The notes under the pieces were generated by a model that worked only from the letters and a program-made list of their open reading frames with translations, was not told where the DNA came from and ran no database searches. The position numbers and the translations under genes were made by a program. A stretch of DNA of 64,000 bases from an uncultured virus (IMG/VR IMGVR_UViG_3300027608_000025) (taxonomy: Duplodnaviria > Heunggongvirae > Uroviricota > Caudoviricetes), in IMG/VR virus record IMGVR_UViG_3300027608_000025, one strand, 5' to 3'. This document shows positions 39,152-48,749 of this stretch, in pieces. The number at the start of each line of letters is the position of its first letter. Position 1 is the stretch's first letter.

Positions 39152-39829
39152 ATGGGTAGAAAACATACAGCAGGATCGGTTGGTAATCAAGGTGTTGGCG
39201 GTGTTCAAGTTGATAACACCACGTTGTCTGCTGCTGACAATCAAAACATCACCATTGATGCATCCGGAACCGGTTTATTTGTAATCGCAAGTGATACACT
39301 GATACAGGCTCAAGGCGACTTGAGATTTGGTGATGCTGACAGTTCTAATTATGTTGGGTTCCAGGCTCCAGGAACAGTTTCAGCTAATGTGTTATGGACA
39401 CTGCCCGCAACTGACGGATCTAACACACAGGCGTTGACTACCAACGGATCAGGTACATTGTCTTGGGCCACGAATTCCGTAGTCATATCTGACGAAGCCG
39501 CAGACGCTGCTTCCAACTATGTGGCGTTTACAACAGCCACTACAGGACAAATTACCACAGCTAGAGTCAGCAGTACTAAACTTACCTTTCAGCCAAGTTC
39601 TGGAACACTGACATCTACCGTTGTGACTTCAACAGGAAACACCACTGTTGGTGCAAATCTAAACATAACTGGAATTCCCAGTATCACTGGAAGCTTTCCG
39701 GTGTACCAAAATCAAACCAGTATAAACACTTATACAATACCTGCAGGAACCAACGCTATGAGTGCAGGACCAATAACTATTGCTGCTGGACAAACGGTGA
39801 CAGTTAATGGAGATTGGAGCATAGTCTAA
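39152..39829 (+). CDS. Short tail-fibre-like protein
   Basis: DSSNYVGFQAP..V..N..WTLP..DG...Q.L.TNGSG.LSW fibre motif; C-terminal NAMSAGPITI...VTV...W.IV. Confidence 0.65.
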   Translation: MGRKHTAGSVGNQGVGGVQVDNTTLSAADNQNITIDASGTGLFVIASDTLIQAQGDLRFGDADSSNYVGFQAPGTVSANVLWTLPATDGSNTQALTTNGSGTLSWATNSVVISDEAADAASNYVAFTTATTGQITTARVSSTKLTFQPSSGTLTSTVVTSTGNTTVGANLNITGIPSITGSFPVYQNQTSINTYTIPAGTNAMSAGPITIAAGQTVTVNGDWSIV

Positions 39830-40395
39830 TGAGCACACTGGTCACTGACGAATTACAAGGACCACATGAGGCCAACCATCTCATAGCAATGCCAAACAAC
39901 ACTACCTTGTACGCTGCTGGGCAGACAATACAAACTGTTTGGAGAAAATTTCAAGGTGTGCAGACCTATAACAGCTATAATGATAACACCAGTAGACCAA
40001 TCAGTGGATTGGATGTTAATATCACACTTAAGAGAGCCAACAGTAAAGTTATCCTAAAATGGTGGATTTTTTATGAAGCCCATCATGATATAACATTTCA
40101 GGCAATCCGTGGGGGCACAGTAATTGGATTCAACTCAGAAGTTGGTAATGTTAGATACAGCGGTATGGGTGGTGCTGACTATGAACATTCACATGATCAA
40201 AATAGTACCCCAACATACCAGCATCATTGCTGGATTGACTCCCCAGGCACAGTTGGTCCGCACACTTATCAAATAGGTTCAAGATCATCTTCAAGTGCAA
40301 ACTATGATATTCGTATGAATCGTTCTTGGAATGGTCCAACTGATGACCACGAAGTGGGTATAAGCTGGTGTGTGGTAGAGGAGATAGCTGTATGA
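39829..40395 (+). CDS. Fibre-tip/receptor-binding-like protein, array subfamily A
   Basis: Probable ATG 39829 (TAATG overlap). Motifs YEAHHD, STP, W.D.PGT, DHEVG.S. Confidence 0.6.
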   Translation: MSTLVTDELQGPHEANHLIAMPNNTTLYAAGQTIQTVWRKFQGVQTYNSYNDNTSRPISGLDVNITLKRANSKVILKWWIFYEAHHDITFQAIRGGTVIGFNSEVGNVRYSGMGGADYEHSHDQNSTPTYQHHCWIDSPGTVGPHTYQIGSRSSSSANYDIRMNRSWNGPTDDHEVGISWCVVEEIAV

Positions 40396-40946
40396 GCGTG
40401 ACTCTTAACAATCTCCAACCACAATCAGGCACAGAAATCGTATTCAATGCCGCACATCAGATGCAGCACCAAGGTAAAGTTGTGCAGACTCAGACAGTAA
40501 CTACTCATGTGCGAACCACTTATTCAGCAACCAACAGCGGAAATGGCAATGTGATCACTCAGCTAAATTTACTCATCACACCATATCGTGCGGACAGTTA
40601 CATTTGGTTGCGATGGACAGTGGCCTATGAAATGCATCATGACACATCGTTTGTTGTACAACGCGATGGTACTTTAATTGGATACAATTTAGATATAGGT
40701 AATACTAGATGGAGTAATATACTTACTCCGCAATATGATAATGATTACTCATCAACACCCCAGGTTAGTACTATAAATTGGTTTGATCTTGCGGGATCAA
40801 CTGCTGCGAGAACCTATCAATTAGCTGTAAGAAGCAGTGGCGGCAGCAACCATACATTTGCTCTTAATAGAACTCTTGGTTCCACAGGCACAGACGGTCA
40901 CGAGATTGGGGTTAGTCATGGTATAGCAAGGGAGATCAGTGGATGA
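40392..40946 (+). CDS. Fibre-tip/receptor-binding-like protein, subfamily A
   Basis: ATG 40392 (ATGA overlap). Motifs YEMHHD, RDG..IG, SSTP, GHEIGVS. Confidence 0.6.
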   Translation: MSVTLNNLQPQSGTEIVFNAAHQMQHQGKVVQTQTVTTHVRTTYSATNSGNGNVITQLNLLITPYRADSYIWLRWTVAYEMHHDTSFVVQRDGTLIGYNLDIGNTRWSNILTPQYDNDYSSTPQVSTINWFDLAGSTAARTYQLAVRSSGGSNHTFALNRTLGSTGTDGHEIGVSHGIAREISG

Positions 40947-41557
40947 CCTTAAAAGTAAACAATATTTCAGGAACCAGCGGCGTTGTTCGCGTGGCACATC
41001 CCAACGCCATATATCAACCAGGACAGATCATACAGGTCAAATGGAGCCGTGCCATGCAGCGTCTACGTTACAATATCCCTAACAACGACGGTGGAAGCCG
41101 AGGCGATGTTTTTGCCACGGGTATCTCAGAAGGTGGCACCATCATACGTCCCTTGGATGTTACAATCACTCCAAAAAGTCTAGACAGTTATATCTTTGTG
41201 GAATTTTGTGTGGCCTATGAAGCCACAAACAATATTGTGTTTAACATAGTCAGAGACGGAATGTTAGTCGGTGCGTCATTTGCCAACGTCAACGATCAAA
41301 CATACAATAGTAGATGGACTGGTGCAGGTGTTAGTCGCTATGACAATAACGATTCATCAACACCGGGTCATATCTGCTTGCCTTGGGTAGACAGACCGGG
41401 AACCACAGATCCAGTAACCTACGGATTTGCTGCACGTAGTAGTGGCGGCAGCAACCATGAGTTCATGTTAAATACCACCTACGGCAGTTACCTAAACGGT
41501 CAAGACGATCATGAAGTTGGCGTGAGCTTTGGAATCGCACAAGAAATAGCATTTTAA
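40943..41557 (+). CDS. Fibre-tip/receptor-binding-like protein, subfamily A
   Basis: ATGA overlap. Motifs ITPKS, YEA, RDG, SSTP, WVDRPGT, DHEVGVS. Confidence 0.6.
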   Translation: MTLKVNNISGTSGVVRVAHPNAIYQPGQIIQVKWSRAMQRLRYNIPNNDGGSRGDVFATGISEGGTIIRPLDVTITPKSLDSYIFVEFCVAYEATNNIVFNIVRDGMLVGASFANVNDQTYNSRWTGAGVSRYDNNDSSTPGHICLPWVDRPGTTDPVTYGFAARSSGGSNHEFMLNTTYGSYLNGQDDHEVGVSFGIAQEIAF

Positions 41558-41579
41558 AGAATAATAAGGATCTAATACA

Positions 41580-42014
41580 ATGGCAGACGAACAAACTAAA
41601 ATTTTACCTGTGGCAACAGCACTGGGCGTGCTGTGTCCTAATAATAAATGGAGCATCGAAGCTGATGACCTAGCTACTCTAGTTTGGGATGACGATCCAG
41701 AAGCTAGACCCACAGATGAAGAGATTACTGCAAAAGCTCAAGAATTACTAGCGGCAGCTCCATTACGAAGACTGCGTCAAATGCGCGATGAACGCATGCG
41801 TGAAGTAGATTGGGTTACATTACGAGCAGCTAGAACTGGGGAACCTGTTCCCCAAGAATGGCGGGACTACATGCAGGCTCTAGCTGATATCACCGATCAA
41901 GTAGGCAATGCTACACTCAGTGGGAGAGAAATCTTTGGTGTAACATGGCCTGAGCGTCCAGACGGGAAGCCAGCAGGTAATCAGAGAGCCCAACGAGGAT
42001 TATTCGGTCTATGA
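41580..42014 (+). CDS. Tail fibre assembly chaperone-like protein
   Basis: LRQMRDERM.E.DW...W.DY.QALADIT...WPERP, a pattern typical of phage tail fibre assembly chaperones. Confidence 0.7.
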   Translation: MADEQTKILPVATALGVLCPNNKWSIEADDLATLVWDDDPEARPTDEEITAKAQELLAAAPLRRLRQMRDERMREVDWVTLRAARTGEPVPQEWRDYMQALADITDQVGNATLSGREIFGVTWPERPDGKPAGNQRAQRGLFGL

Positions 42015-42514
42015 CAACACTAAGGGTAGATAATCTACAACATCAAAATCAAGAATATCTTTTACCACTGACTCAACTACGTCAGCGTACTATTAAAGAA
42101 TATCGTCAAACCTATCAAAATGGTAGTTGGGAACCCAGCGACTCTTACGCATGGGCTCCAGGATTATGGGTTGATTATCAGCCAGCTTCGGCATCAAGTA
42201 GAATTAGAGCCACTTGGTGTTTTAATTTCGCACACACCGACGGTCATGCAATTTCCAGCTGTGTATTTTACAGCAACGGCAGCACCGAACAAGGCCGGCA
42301 CAGCATAGCAGGTCAGAGCCCAGAATATCGACACACCTATGTATGGGAATTTGACAGCTGGGGTACTAGTCGTGCTCGTATCGGATATCAAATAAGACGG
42401 CACGGCGGCAGCAACCGACCTAGATTTTTTGGTACGCACCATTGGGATGGTGTTGGATCAAATCAAACTGGAACCAGCCAACTGTTTGTAGAGGAATATT
42501 TGCCAATAACATGA
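42011..42514 (+). CDS. Fibre-tip-like protein, array subfamily B
   Basis: W.P...Y.W.PG...D..P, HAIS, SWG...RIGYQ.R, WDG.GS.Q. Confidence 0.6.
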   Translation: MTTLRVDNLQHQNQEYLLPLTQLRQRTIKEYRQTYQNGSWEPSDSYAWAPGLWVDYQPASASSRIRATWCFNFAHTDGHAISSCVFYSNGSTEQGRHSIAGQSPEYRHTYVWEFDSWGTSRARIGYQIRRHGGSNRPRFFGTHHWDGVGSNQTGTSQLFVEEYLPIT

Positions 42515-43020
42515 GCACACTTATCACAAATTCTCTTAGTTTTGATCCTAATTCAACTCCTATACCTTTAACAGAGTTAGGACATCGTGTGGTCAAAGAA
42601 GCAAGAGCCACCTATGATGGTGGTCAATGGAATCCTGATACCACCTATGCATGGATTCCTGGTATGTTCAACGACTACACTCCATTGCTGGCAACATCTA
42701 GAATACGCATGACCTGCATGATTCCTTATGCAAGAAATTCTGGCTCAGCACACGCTATCAGTCACTGGATATTTTATGCCAACGGTGCTGAGCAAGGACG
42801 ACATGGAGTATCTGGAGAACATCACGAAGATATGCGTACCTATGTATGGGATGTGGCCAGCTGGGGCACAGCTTCAGGACGTATCGGCTACCAAATGCGG
42901 GCCTATGCCAACGATAACAACGAAGTTAGACCTTATTGTACGCAATACTGGGATGGTGGCGGCTCAGTACAAAACTGTCGCGGCCAATACGTGATTCAAG
43001 AATATCTTCCAGGAGTGTAA
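42511..43020 (+). CDS. Fibre-tip-like protein, subfamily B
   Basis: Probable ATG 42511 (ATGA overlap). WNPD..Y.WIPG, HAISHW, SWG..SGRIGYQ, YWDG. Confidence 0.6.
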   Translation: MSTLITNSLSFDPNSTPIPLTELGHRVVKEARATYDGGQWNPDTTYAWIPGMFNDYTPLLATSRIRMTCMIPYARNSGSAHAISHWIFYANGAEQGRHGVSGEHHEDMRTYVWDVASWGTASGRIGYQMRAYANDNNEVRPYCTQYWDGGGSVQNCRGQYVIQEYLPGV

Positions 43021-43023
43021 TAG

Positions 43024-43530
43024 ATGCCTAATAATGTACAGATTTCAACCTTACAAGATGTCTCTGGATCTGTGACTATTCCTGTGGTAGAATTAACCAC
43101 ACGAGTCATACAATATATTAGACAGGATTATACCGCCGGGGTATGGAATCCAGATAATTCATACAACTGGGTGCCAGGCGCTTTTTACGATTTCACTCCA
43201 AAACGAGCAGACAGCGTTATTAGTTATACTATGAGGCTACCAATAGCAAGAGCCGGTGGATCAACACATGCTATTGGAAACTGGTATTTTTACGCCAACA
43301 ACATAATTTATTATCGCTGGGAAGACAGCCTACAGCACGGAGAAAACGGCAACATATGGCAATTTCAAATTCCAAGCTGGGGTACCAGCACCGGTCGTAT
43401 CGGTCTTCAACATCGCGCCCATAGTAATGACAGCAACGAATTTAGAATGTATACCACAGAATACTGGGATGGTGTTGGATCAAATCAGAATTGTCGCGGA
43501 CAGCTGTTCATCGAGGAGATCGTGTTATAA
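43024..43530 (+). CDS. Fibre-tip-like protein, subfamily B
   Basis: WNPDNSYNWVPG..DFTP, HAIGNW, PSWG..GRIG, YWDGVGSNQ. Confidence 0.6.
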   Translation: MPNNVQISTLQDVSGSVTIPVVELTTRVIQYIRQDYTAGVWNPDNSYNWVPGAFYDFTPKRADSVISYTMRLPIARAGGSTHAIGNWYFYANNIIYYRWEDSLQHGENGNIWQFQIPSWGTSTGRIGLQHRAHSNDSNEFRMYTTEYWDGVGSNQNCRGQLFIEEIVL

Positions 43531-44081
43531 TGGGTACTTTAACCACCAGCTATATAGCCAGCAGCACTGGATCACTGGTAATTCCTATCAGAGAACTGGC
43601 TACTAGATGCATACAAAGATATCATAGTCAATATACCTCAGGAGAATGGAATCCGGACACTACCAGCAACTGGGCACCAGGAGGATTTGTAGATTTTACT
43701 CCCCAACGTGCAGACAGCAGGATTGTGTTTATTTGGCGTGTGCCAACAGCTTGGTCAAACGCCGCCCACAGTATCAGCCATTGGAGATTTTATGTTAATG
43801 GTGTTCTTTATTATAGACATGGTATGGGCGGCACACATGTGGAAGATGGAAATACACTGAAGTGGGATGTACCAAGTTGGGGTACATCATCTGGACGTAT
43901 TGGATATCAAGTACGATCTCATACCAACGACAACCACGAAACTAGACTGTATAGAACATACTATTGGAACGGCACTACATCAACTCAAAACGCCTACGGA
44001 CAGTTAATAGTTGAAGAATGGGCACAATCAGGATTACCAGCCGGTGCTGATAATACCGAAGGCATAGTTACTGCCCGCTAA
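43530..44081 (+). CDS. Fibre-tip-like protein, subfamily B
   Basis: Probable ATG 43530 (TAATG overlap). WNPD, DFTP, HSISHW, PSWG..GRIGYQ. Confidence 0.6.
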   Translation: MGTLTTSYIASSTGSLVIPIRELATRCIQRYHSQYTSGEWNPDTTSNWAPGGFVDFTPQRADSRIVFIWRVPTAWSNAAHSISHWRFYVNGVLYYRHGMGGTHVEDGNTLKWDVPSWGTSSGRIGYQVRSHTNDNHETRLYRTYYWNGTTSTQNAYGQLIVEEWAQSGLPAGADNTEGIVTAR

Positions 44082-44125
44082 ATAACATTATGGTATTATA
44101 CAACCAAAAGATTAGGAGATAAAAC

Positions 44126-44455
44126 ATGTCAAGTGAAATAGATTTCGGTGAAGTTATGCATAGATTCTATGCAGGTCGCCAGTACGGTGTAAGAGGCCCC
44201 AACTATGAAGATATTTCGTGGATGGAACCAAGCGAACCAATGCCCAGCAGAGAAGCATTAGCTGCTAAATGGGAAACAATCAAAGAAGAAATTAGATTGA
44301 TGAAAATTGCCCAGAAAAGATCAACACCTGGTGAATACCCCGGTAAAGATGAAATTCTAGTTGCACTATGGGAAATGGTAGTTGAAAATCGTCCCGAAAA
44401 AGCTGAGGCATTACAAGCACGTAGATTAGAAATCAAAGCCAAGTATCCTAAATAA
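44126..44455 (+). CDS. Small fibre chaperone/adaptor-like protein
   Basis: Y.DI.W...P.....R....EYP...E...ALW........IKAKYPK pattern. TAAATA at 44079-44084 and AGGAG SD. Confidence 0.55.
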   Translation: MSSEIDFGEVMHRFYAGRQYGVRGPNYEDISWMEPSEPMPSREALAAKWETIKEEIRLMKIAQKRSTPGEYPGKDEILVALWEMVVENRPEKAEALQARRLEIKAKYPK

Positions 44456-44457
44456 TT

Positions 44458-44997
44458 ATGACTGCAACTTTAAGAGTTAATACCATTACTAACTCAACTG
44501 CCAGTGTCAGTTTAGCCACCACTTATTTTCAAAGAAGATTGGTGCAGAGAATTTACAAGCGATTCCACGGTGGTGGAAATCCAGAGCAAGGCGGTGGAGG
44601 ACTTTGGAATCCAGGAAACGAATACAGACCAATTCCAGGAAATTCTTTGAGTATTACTCCCATGTATAGCAACAGTATATTGGTATATACCTGCAATGCT
44701 CCTGTGGGGCATCGTCAAAATAGCCACAGTATCACTCATTGGAAATTTTATGCAGGTGGTCAAGAATATGCTCGTCACAGTAAATCAGGAACGCACATGA
44801 GTCATGCACATGTTCATAGATGGGAAGTTCCTAGTTGGGGTGCGGGGCGAGCAGGTATGATGGGATATCAAGTTAGACAATACGGTGACGGAACGCACTC
44901 AACACATTTCAACGGCCGTCGTTGGCTTGACGGCAGCGACACTAGTAGATCAGTACCAAGTTACGTAATGGTAGAGGAGTATGTGACAGCACCATGA
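44458..44997 (+). CDS. Fibre-tip-like protein, subfamily B
   Basis: WNPG, HSITHWKFY, PSWG...GYQVR, VEEY. Confidence 0.6.
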   Translation: MTATLRVNTITNSTASVSLATTYFQRRLVQRIYKRFHGGGNPEQGGGGLWNPGNEYRPIPGNSLSITPMYSNSILVYTCNAPVGHRQNSHSITHWKFYAGGQEYARHSKSGTHMSHAHVHRWEVPSWGAGRAGMMGYQVRQYGDGTHSTHFNGRRWLDGSDTSRSVPSYVMVEEYVTAP

Positions 44998-45989
44998 CCG
45001 CCCAATTAAACGTTTCAACCATTCAAAGTGAAGATGGATCAATATCCAGAAACATACAAGATTTCGCTCACAGGGTAGTTCAACGAGTAAGTTACACACA
45101 CCGAAACGGCTGGATTCGTGGTGATAACACCTATTATTGGATGCCTGGAGGCTATGCCGATTTTACTCCAGTAAGATCAGACAGTAGAATAAGATCCACA
45201 TGGTGCATTCACACCAGAGACTATGGTTCCAGCCACATGATAATGCACTATATTTTTTACAGAGATGACATAGAGTATGGCCGCTTTACTAGAGGCGGAC
45301 ACGAAATAGAAAATACCAACGCCATAGAATGGGATATTCCAAGCTGGGGCGCTGGACAAAAAGCTCGTATGGGGCACAGATATCGAGCATACGTAGACGG
45401 TAATCACAATGCGCATCTATTCCACACTGAGTGGTGGGACGGTAGTGGCAGCGGCCAAAGTGTGCCGGGACAATATACAATTTTAGAATACGTTCCTAAA
45501 CTTCCTCTTAATACTGCTGACATGCCACATAGTCAACAGAATATGCAAAACGCTGCTGTAAGAAATAACGGTGCAGGCGGTGCTGGATCAGCGGCCAGCG
45601 ATGGCCTGGGAGATGATCGTACGCGAAGTCTAAGCTACGGTTGGCATTCTAGTCCAGCTGTTTTTAACGGAATTTGTGCAGTTTACATGGGTAACAAATA
45701 TCCTAACGGAGTTGTTGTAAATCAACTACGTCTAATTGCTCACACTAACCATTTACAAGCATTTACTATTCAAGGTAGTAACGATAGTGGTCAAGGTGCA
45801 AACTTCCATAATGCTGGAAACTGGACCACAATTATTACAGGTGACGGTGGCGGCCCAGGCTCAGCATTTGACCGCCAAGCACTGGATTACCAATCAACCA
45901 ATACTACACCATACCTAGCATACCGCATAGTTGTTACAAGCGGTGGTAGCGGTTGGGCCAGCTACGGTTGGGAACTATACGGGTATTAA
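44994..45989 (+). CDS. Subfamily B domain fused to a discoidin/F5-8-like C-terminal domain
   Basis: N-terminal half is subfamily B (WMPGG..DFTP, PSWG, WWDG). C-terminal half has FTIQGSND...WTTI...Y.AYRI...ELYG. Confidence 0.6.
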   Translation: MTAQLNVSTIQSEDGSISRNIQDFAHRVVQRVSYTHRNGWIRGDNTYYWMPGGYADFTPVRSDSRIRSTWCIHTRDYGSSHMIMHYIFYRDDIEYGRFTRGGHEIENTNAIEWDIPSWGAGQKARMGHRYRAYVDGNHNAHLFHTEWWDGSGSGQSVPGQYTILEYVPKLPLNTADMPHSQQNMQNAAVRNNGAGGAGSAASDGLGDDRTRSLSYGWHSSPAVFNGICAVYMGNKYPNGVVVNQLRLIAHTNHLQAFTIQGSNDSGQGANFHNAGNWTTIITGDGGGPGSAFDRQALDYQSTNTTPYLAYRIVVTSGGSGWASYGWELYGY

Positions 45990-46047
45990 TTCATATTTGA
46001 TCTCATATCTTATTACTGTAAAATAAGTAGTTGCATAGGAGATAGAC

Positions 46048-46521
46048 ATGCATCATGACGAAATAATTTCTCAGTTTATCGGAAAAGACGGAAAGGTCCT
46101 CTACATCGGAAACCCCACGGATGCTATAAAAAAACCAACAACACCGTCGGTTTTCCACGCCATTGATCCTTCAACAACACTCATTGATGCATCTAATTTA
46201 CCAAAAGATTTTGATACTGTGATATTTGCAACAGCGTTAGAACTAGTAAATGACCCGCGAGGATTGATAAATCAATTCAAATGGCAGGCCAAATGTACAA
46301 TTGTCTATGAATTCAAATACGATCACATGGACGACATTGATCCGTCATGGAAACTAACCTGGAAAAATATCGGATTAGAAAATATACTCACTTGGGAATT
46401 TGATTATGTTAGAAGCATATACCTAGGATATGCTACAATATATTTCTGCGAAGGTCCCAACAAATATACTCCTGACGAAATCGGAGAGGGTGTCTCAGTT
46501 GAACACAAAAACACAATTTAA
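46048..46521 (+). CDS. Hypothetical protein, weakly methyltransferase-like
   Basis: 157 aa with KVLYIG and FDTVIF...LELV.DP. TAAGTA at 46024-46029 and AGGAG SD. Confidence 0.45.
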   Translation: MHHDEIISQFIGKDGKVLYIGNPTDAIKKPTTPSVFHAIDPSTTLIDASNLPKDFDTVIFATALELVNDPRGLINQFKWQAKCTIVYEFKYDHMDDIDPSWKLTWKNIGLENILTWEFDYVRSIYLGYATIYFCEGPNKYTPDEIGEGVSVEHKNTI

Positions 46522-46541
46522 AACTTAAAAGGTAACTGACA

Positions 46542-48014
46542 TTGATTAATAACATAGCTATAGTAGGTGGGGGCACAGCCGGAGTAACTACCGCTTTGAT
46601 TTTAAAAAAAACATATCCTAATCTACAGATTGATTTGATAGAATCAGATCAGATAGGAATCGTAGGGGTAGGAGAAGGCAGCACTGAACATTGGGCTACC
46701 TTCATGCAGCACTGTGATATCAGTACCACTGAGCTGGTCAAACATACTGATTGTACTTTTAAATACGGTATTAATTTTGATAACTGGAATGGCGATGGTA
46801 CAAATTATATTCACACAATTAGCAGTGCTTTTAACATGGAGAGTCAAAGCAACAGTAAATTTGTATACTCATATCTGATAGCCAACGGAGCAGGCCCCAA
46901 GGATCTCATTCACAAATATATAGAACCTAGTCTGCATAGAATGCCGTTCTTTACTATAAACCAATTTCATTTTAACACAACCAAATTAAATAAATTCCTA
47001 CACGATCTCTGCGATCAAAGAAAAATAAACACCATAAAAGCAGAAATCAAAGAAGTTAAATTGGATGAGCAGGGCGCAATCAAAGAGTTAATTACCACAA
47101 CTGATAAACACCTTAGTTATGACTTATATGTCGATTGTACCGGATTTCATCGTTTGCTTTTGCACAAAACTATGGGGGTCAAATGGCGCAGTTACCAAAA
47201 ATATCTTCCAATGAACAGTGCTATCGCATTCCCTACAGAAACCACAGAAAAAATTCCCAGTTGGACACTAGCAAAGGCAATGAACAATGGATGGTTATGG
47301 AGAATTCCAACTCAACAACGATACGGCAATGGTTACGTGTTCAATGATAGTTTTATAGATTTCGACAAGGCCGTTGACGAAGTTGAAAAGCTCTATGGAC
47401 ATAAAATACAAGTAGCAAAAAAAATAAAATTTGATGCAGGATGTTTAGAAAAATCATGGGTAAAAAACTGTGTAGCTATTGGTTTATCTAGCAGTTTTAT
47501 TGAACCTCTAGAAGCCAGCTCAATAGGATGCAGTATACAACAGGCATTCAAGTTAAATCATTTATTACCTGCTTATATACCGGAAATTAAAACTACTCGG
47601 GTGATCGACGAATTCAATCAAGAATGTGATGAACTTCTTGAAAATATTTTAGATTATGTAGCATTACATTATATCACTAAGAGAACTGACACAGATTTTT
47701 GGAAATCTGCTAAGACTCTTCCAAAACCTTCGGGGTTAGAAGACAAATTAGAATTATACAAATACAAATTTCCTAGTAAGTCAGAATTTTCAAATAGAAA
47801 AGTCATGTTTAAAGAAGCCAACTGGATATTAGTAATGCATGGTCTAGGATTAATCAGCAAAGAATTAGCACAGAAAGATGTGGACATGCAGGCTAAACAT
47901 CTAATGGAATCAATACCGTATAATCTTCCTAAAGAGGATATCGATTCTGGAGAATTTGTTGATCATAGGCAGGCGTTACAATGGCTAATTGACAATCCAG
48001 AGCAGATAAATTGA
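46542..48014 (+). CDS. Flavin-dependent (tryptophan-type) halogenase
   Basis: GGGTAG FAD motif, GVGEGS, catalytic Lys in TFKYGI, DCTGF, WLWRIP (WxWxIP), FIEPLEA. TTG start. Confidence 0.9.
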   Translation: MINNIAIVGGGTAGVTTALILKKTYPNLQIDLIESDQIGIVGVGEGSTEHWATFMQHCDISTTELVKHTDCTFKYGINFDNWNGDGTNYIHTISSAFNMESQSNSKFVYSYLIANGAGPKDLIHKYIEPSLHRMPFFTINQFHFNTTKLNKFLHDLCDQRKINTIKAEIKEVKLDEQGAIKELITTTDKHLSYDLYVDCTGFHRLLLHKTMGVKWRSYQKYLPMNSAIAFPTETTEKIPSWTLAKAMNNGWLWRIPTQQRYGNGYVFNDSFIDFDKAVDEVEKLYGHKIQVAKKIKFDAGCLEKSWVKNCVAIGLSSSFIEPLEASSIGCSIQQAFKLNHLLPAYIPEIKTTRVIDEFNQECDELLENILDYVALHYITKRTDTDFWKSAKTLPKPSGLEDKLELYKYKFPSKSEFSNRKVMFKEANWILVMHGLGLISKELAQKDVDMQAKHLMESIPYNLPKEDIDSGEFVDHRQALQWLIDNPEQIN

Positions 48015-48655
48015 TAATTAGTCAAGGATTAAATTGGCTGATCACTGATCACATTGCTGATTTAGGTACTATTAAAAAAGTAGTCAGTGATGTAACGTCG
48101 GAAGATTGGTCATCATATACCACAGCTAAAGGCCCATTATCTAGACAGCACTACTTAATAAACCCGTCATGGATGCCATCCCAAGTTCATGAAGAACCAC
48201 AAGGATGGGCTGAACTTAAATTGTGGTATGAAAACACCGTACAAAAGTTATTGGTACATCACGGTCTTATGCCAGGTCAATGGCAAGGAATTTCAGCAAA
48301 CAGATCGTGGACTGTGATCGGCGAAGAAGGCAGTTATCATACGATACACGATCATGGACCAAATTCTGTATGCTCTGTGACCTATCTCGAAGTACCGGAA
48401 CAAAATAAAAACGACGATAAAGCGGGTCAAATTTATTTTGTATTACAGTCCGATCCCTATCATCCATTAACTCCGGTAAAACATAAAGTAGTTCATATAT
48501 CTCCAAAACCGGGAATGATCGTAATTTTTCCTAGCTGGTTACTACATGGCGTTTATCCTCAAGGTCCAGGAATACGCCAAACACTCAATGTTGATTTTGT
48601 CGGAAACGTGTGTCCAGGGCCAGAAGATTCTGCTGGATATATTAGTATTTTATAA
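48011..48655 (+). CDS. 2OG-Fe(II) oxygenase family protein
   Basis: H.H metal site in HTIHDH, S.V.YL, P.PG..VIFPSWL.H.V.P, distal R in RQTL. Confidence 0.75.
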   Translation: MIISQGLNWLITDHIADLGTIKKVVSDVTSEDWSSYTTAKGPLSRQHYLINPSWMPSQVHEEPQGWAELKLWYENTVQKLLVHHGLMPGQWQGISANRSWTVIGEEGSYHTIHDHGPNSVCSVTYLEVPEQNKNDDKAGQIYFVLQSDPYHPLTPVKHKVVHISPKPGMIVIFPSWLLHGVYPQGPGIRQTLNVDFVGNVCPGPEDSAGYISIL

Positions 48656-48749
48656 AGTTATTTTGTCTAGACGATATCTTTGATATTTTAACTTAATTGT
48701 AATATAGTTATTTGGCGAAAACCTAAATCATTTTTCGATAAATACTATT

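Noticed and set aside
39829..45989. Diversity-generating retroelement acting on the paralogue array
   Set aside because: There is no reverse transcriptase in the window and I saw no ~100-nt template/variable repeat pair differing only at adenines. The identities are only 18-23 nt.
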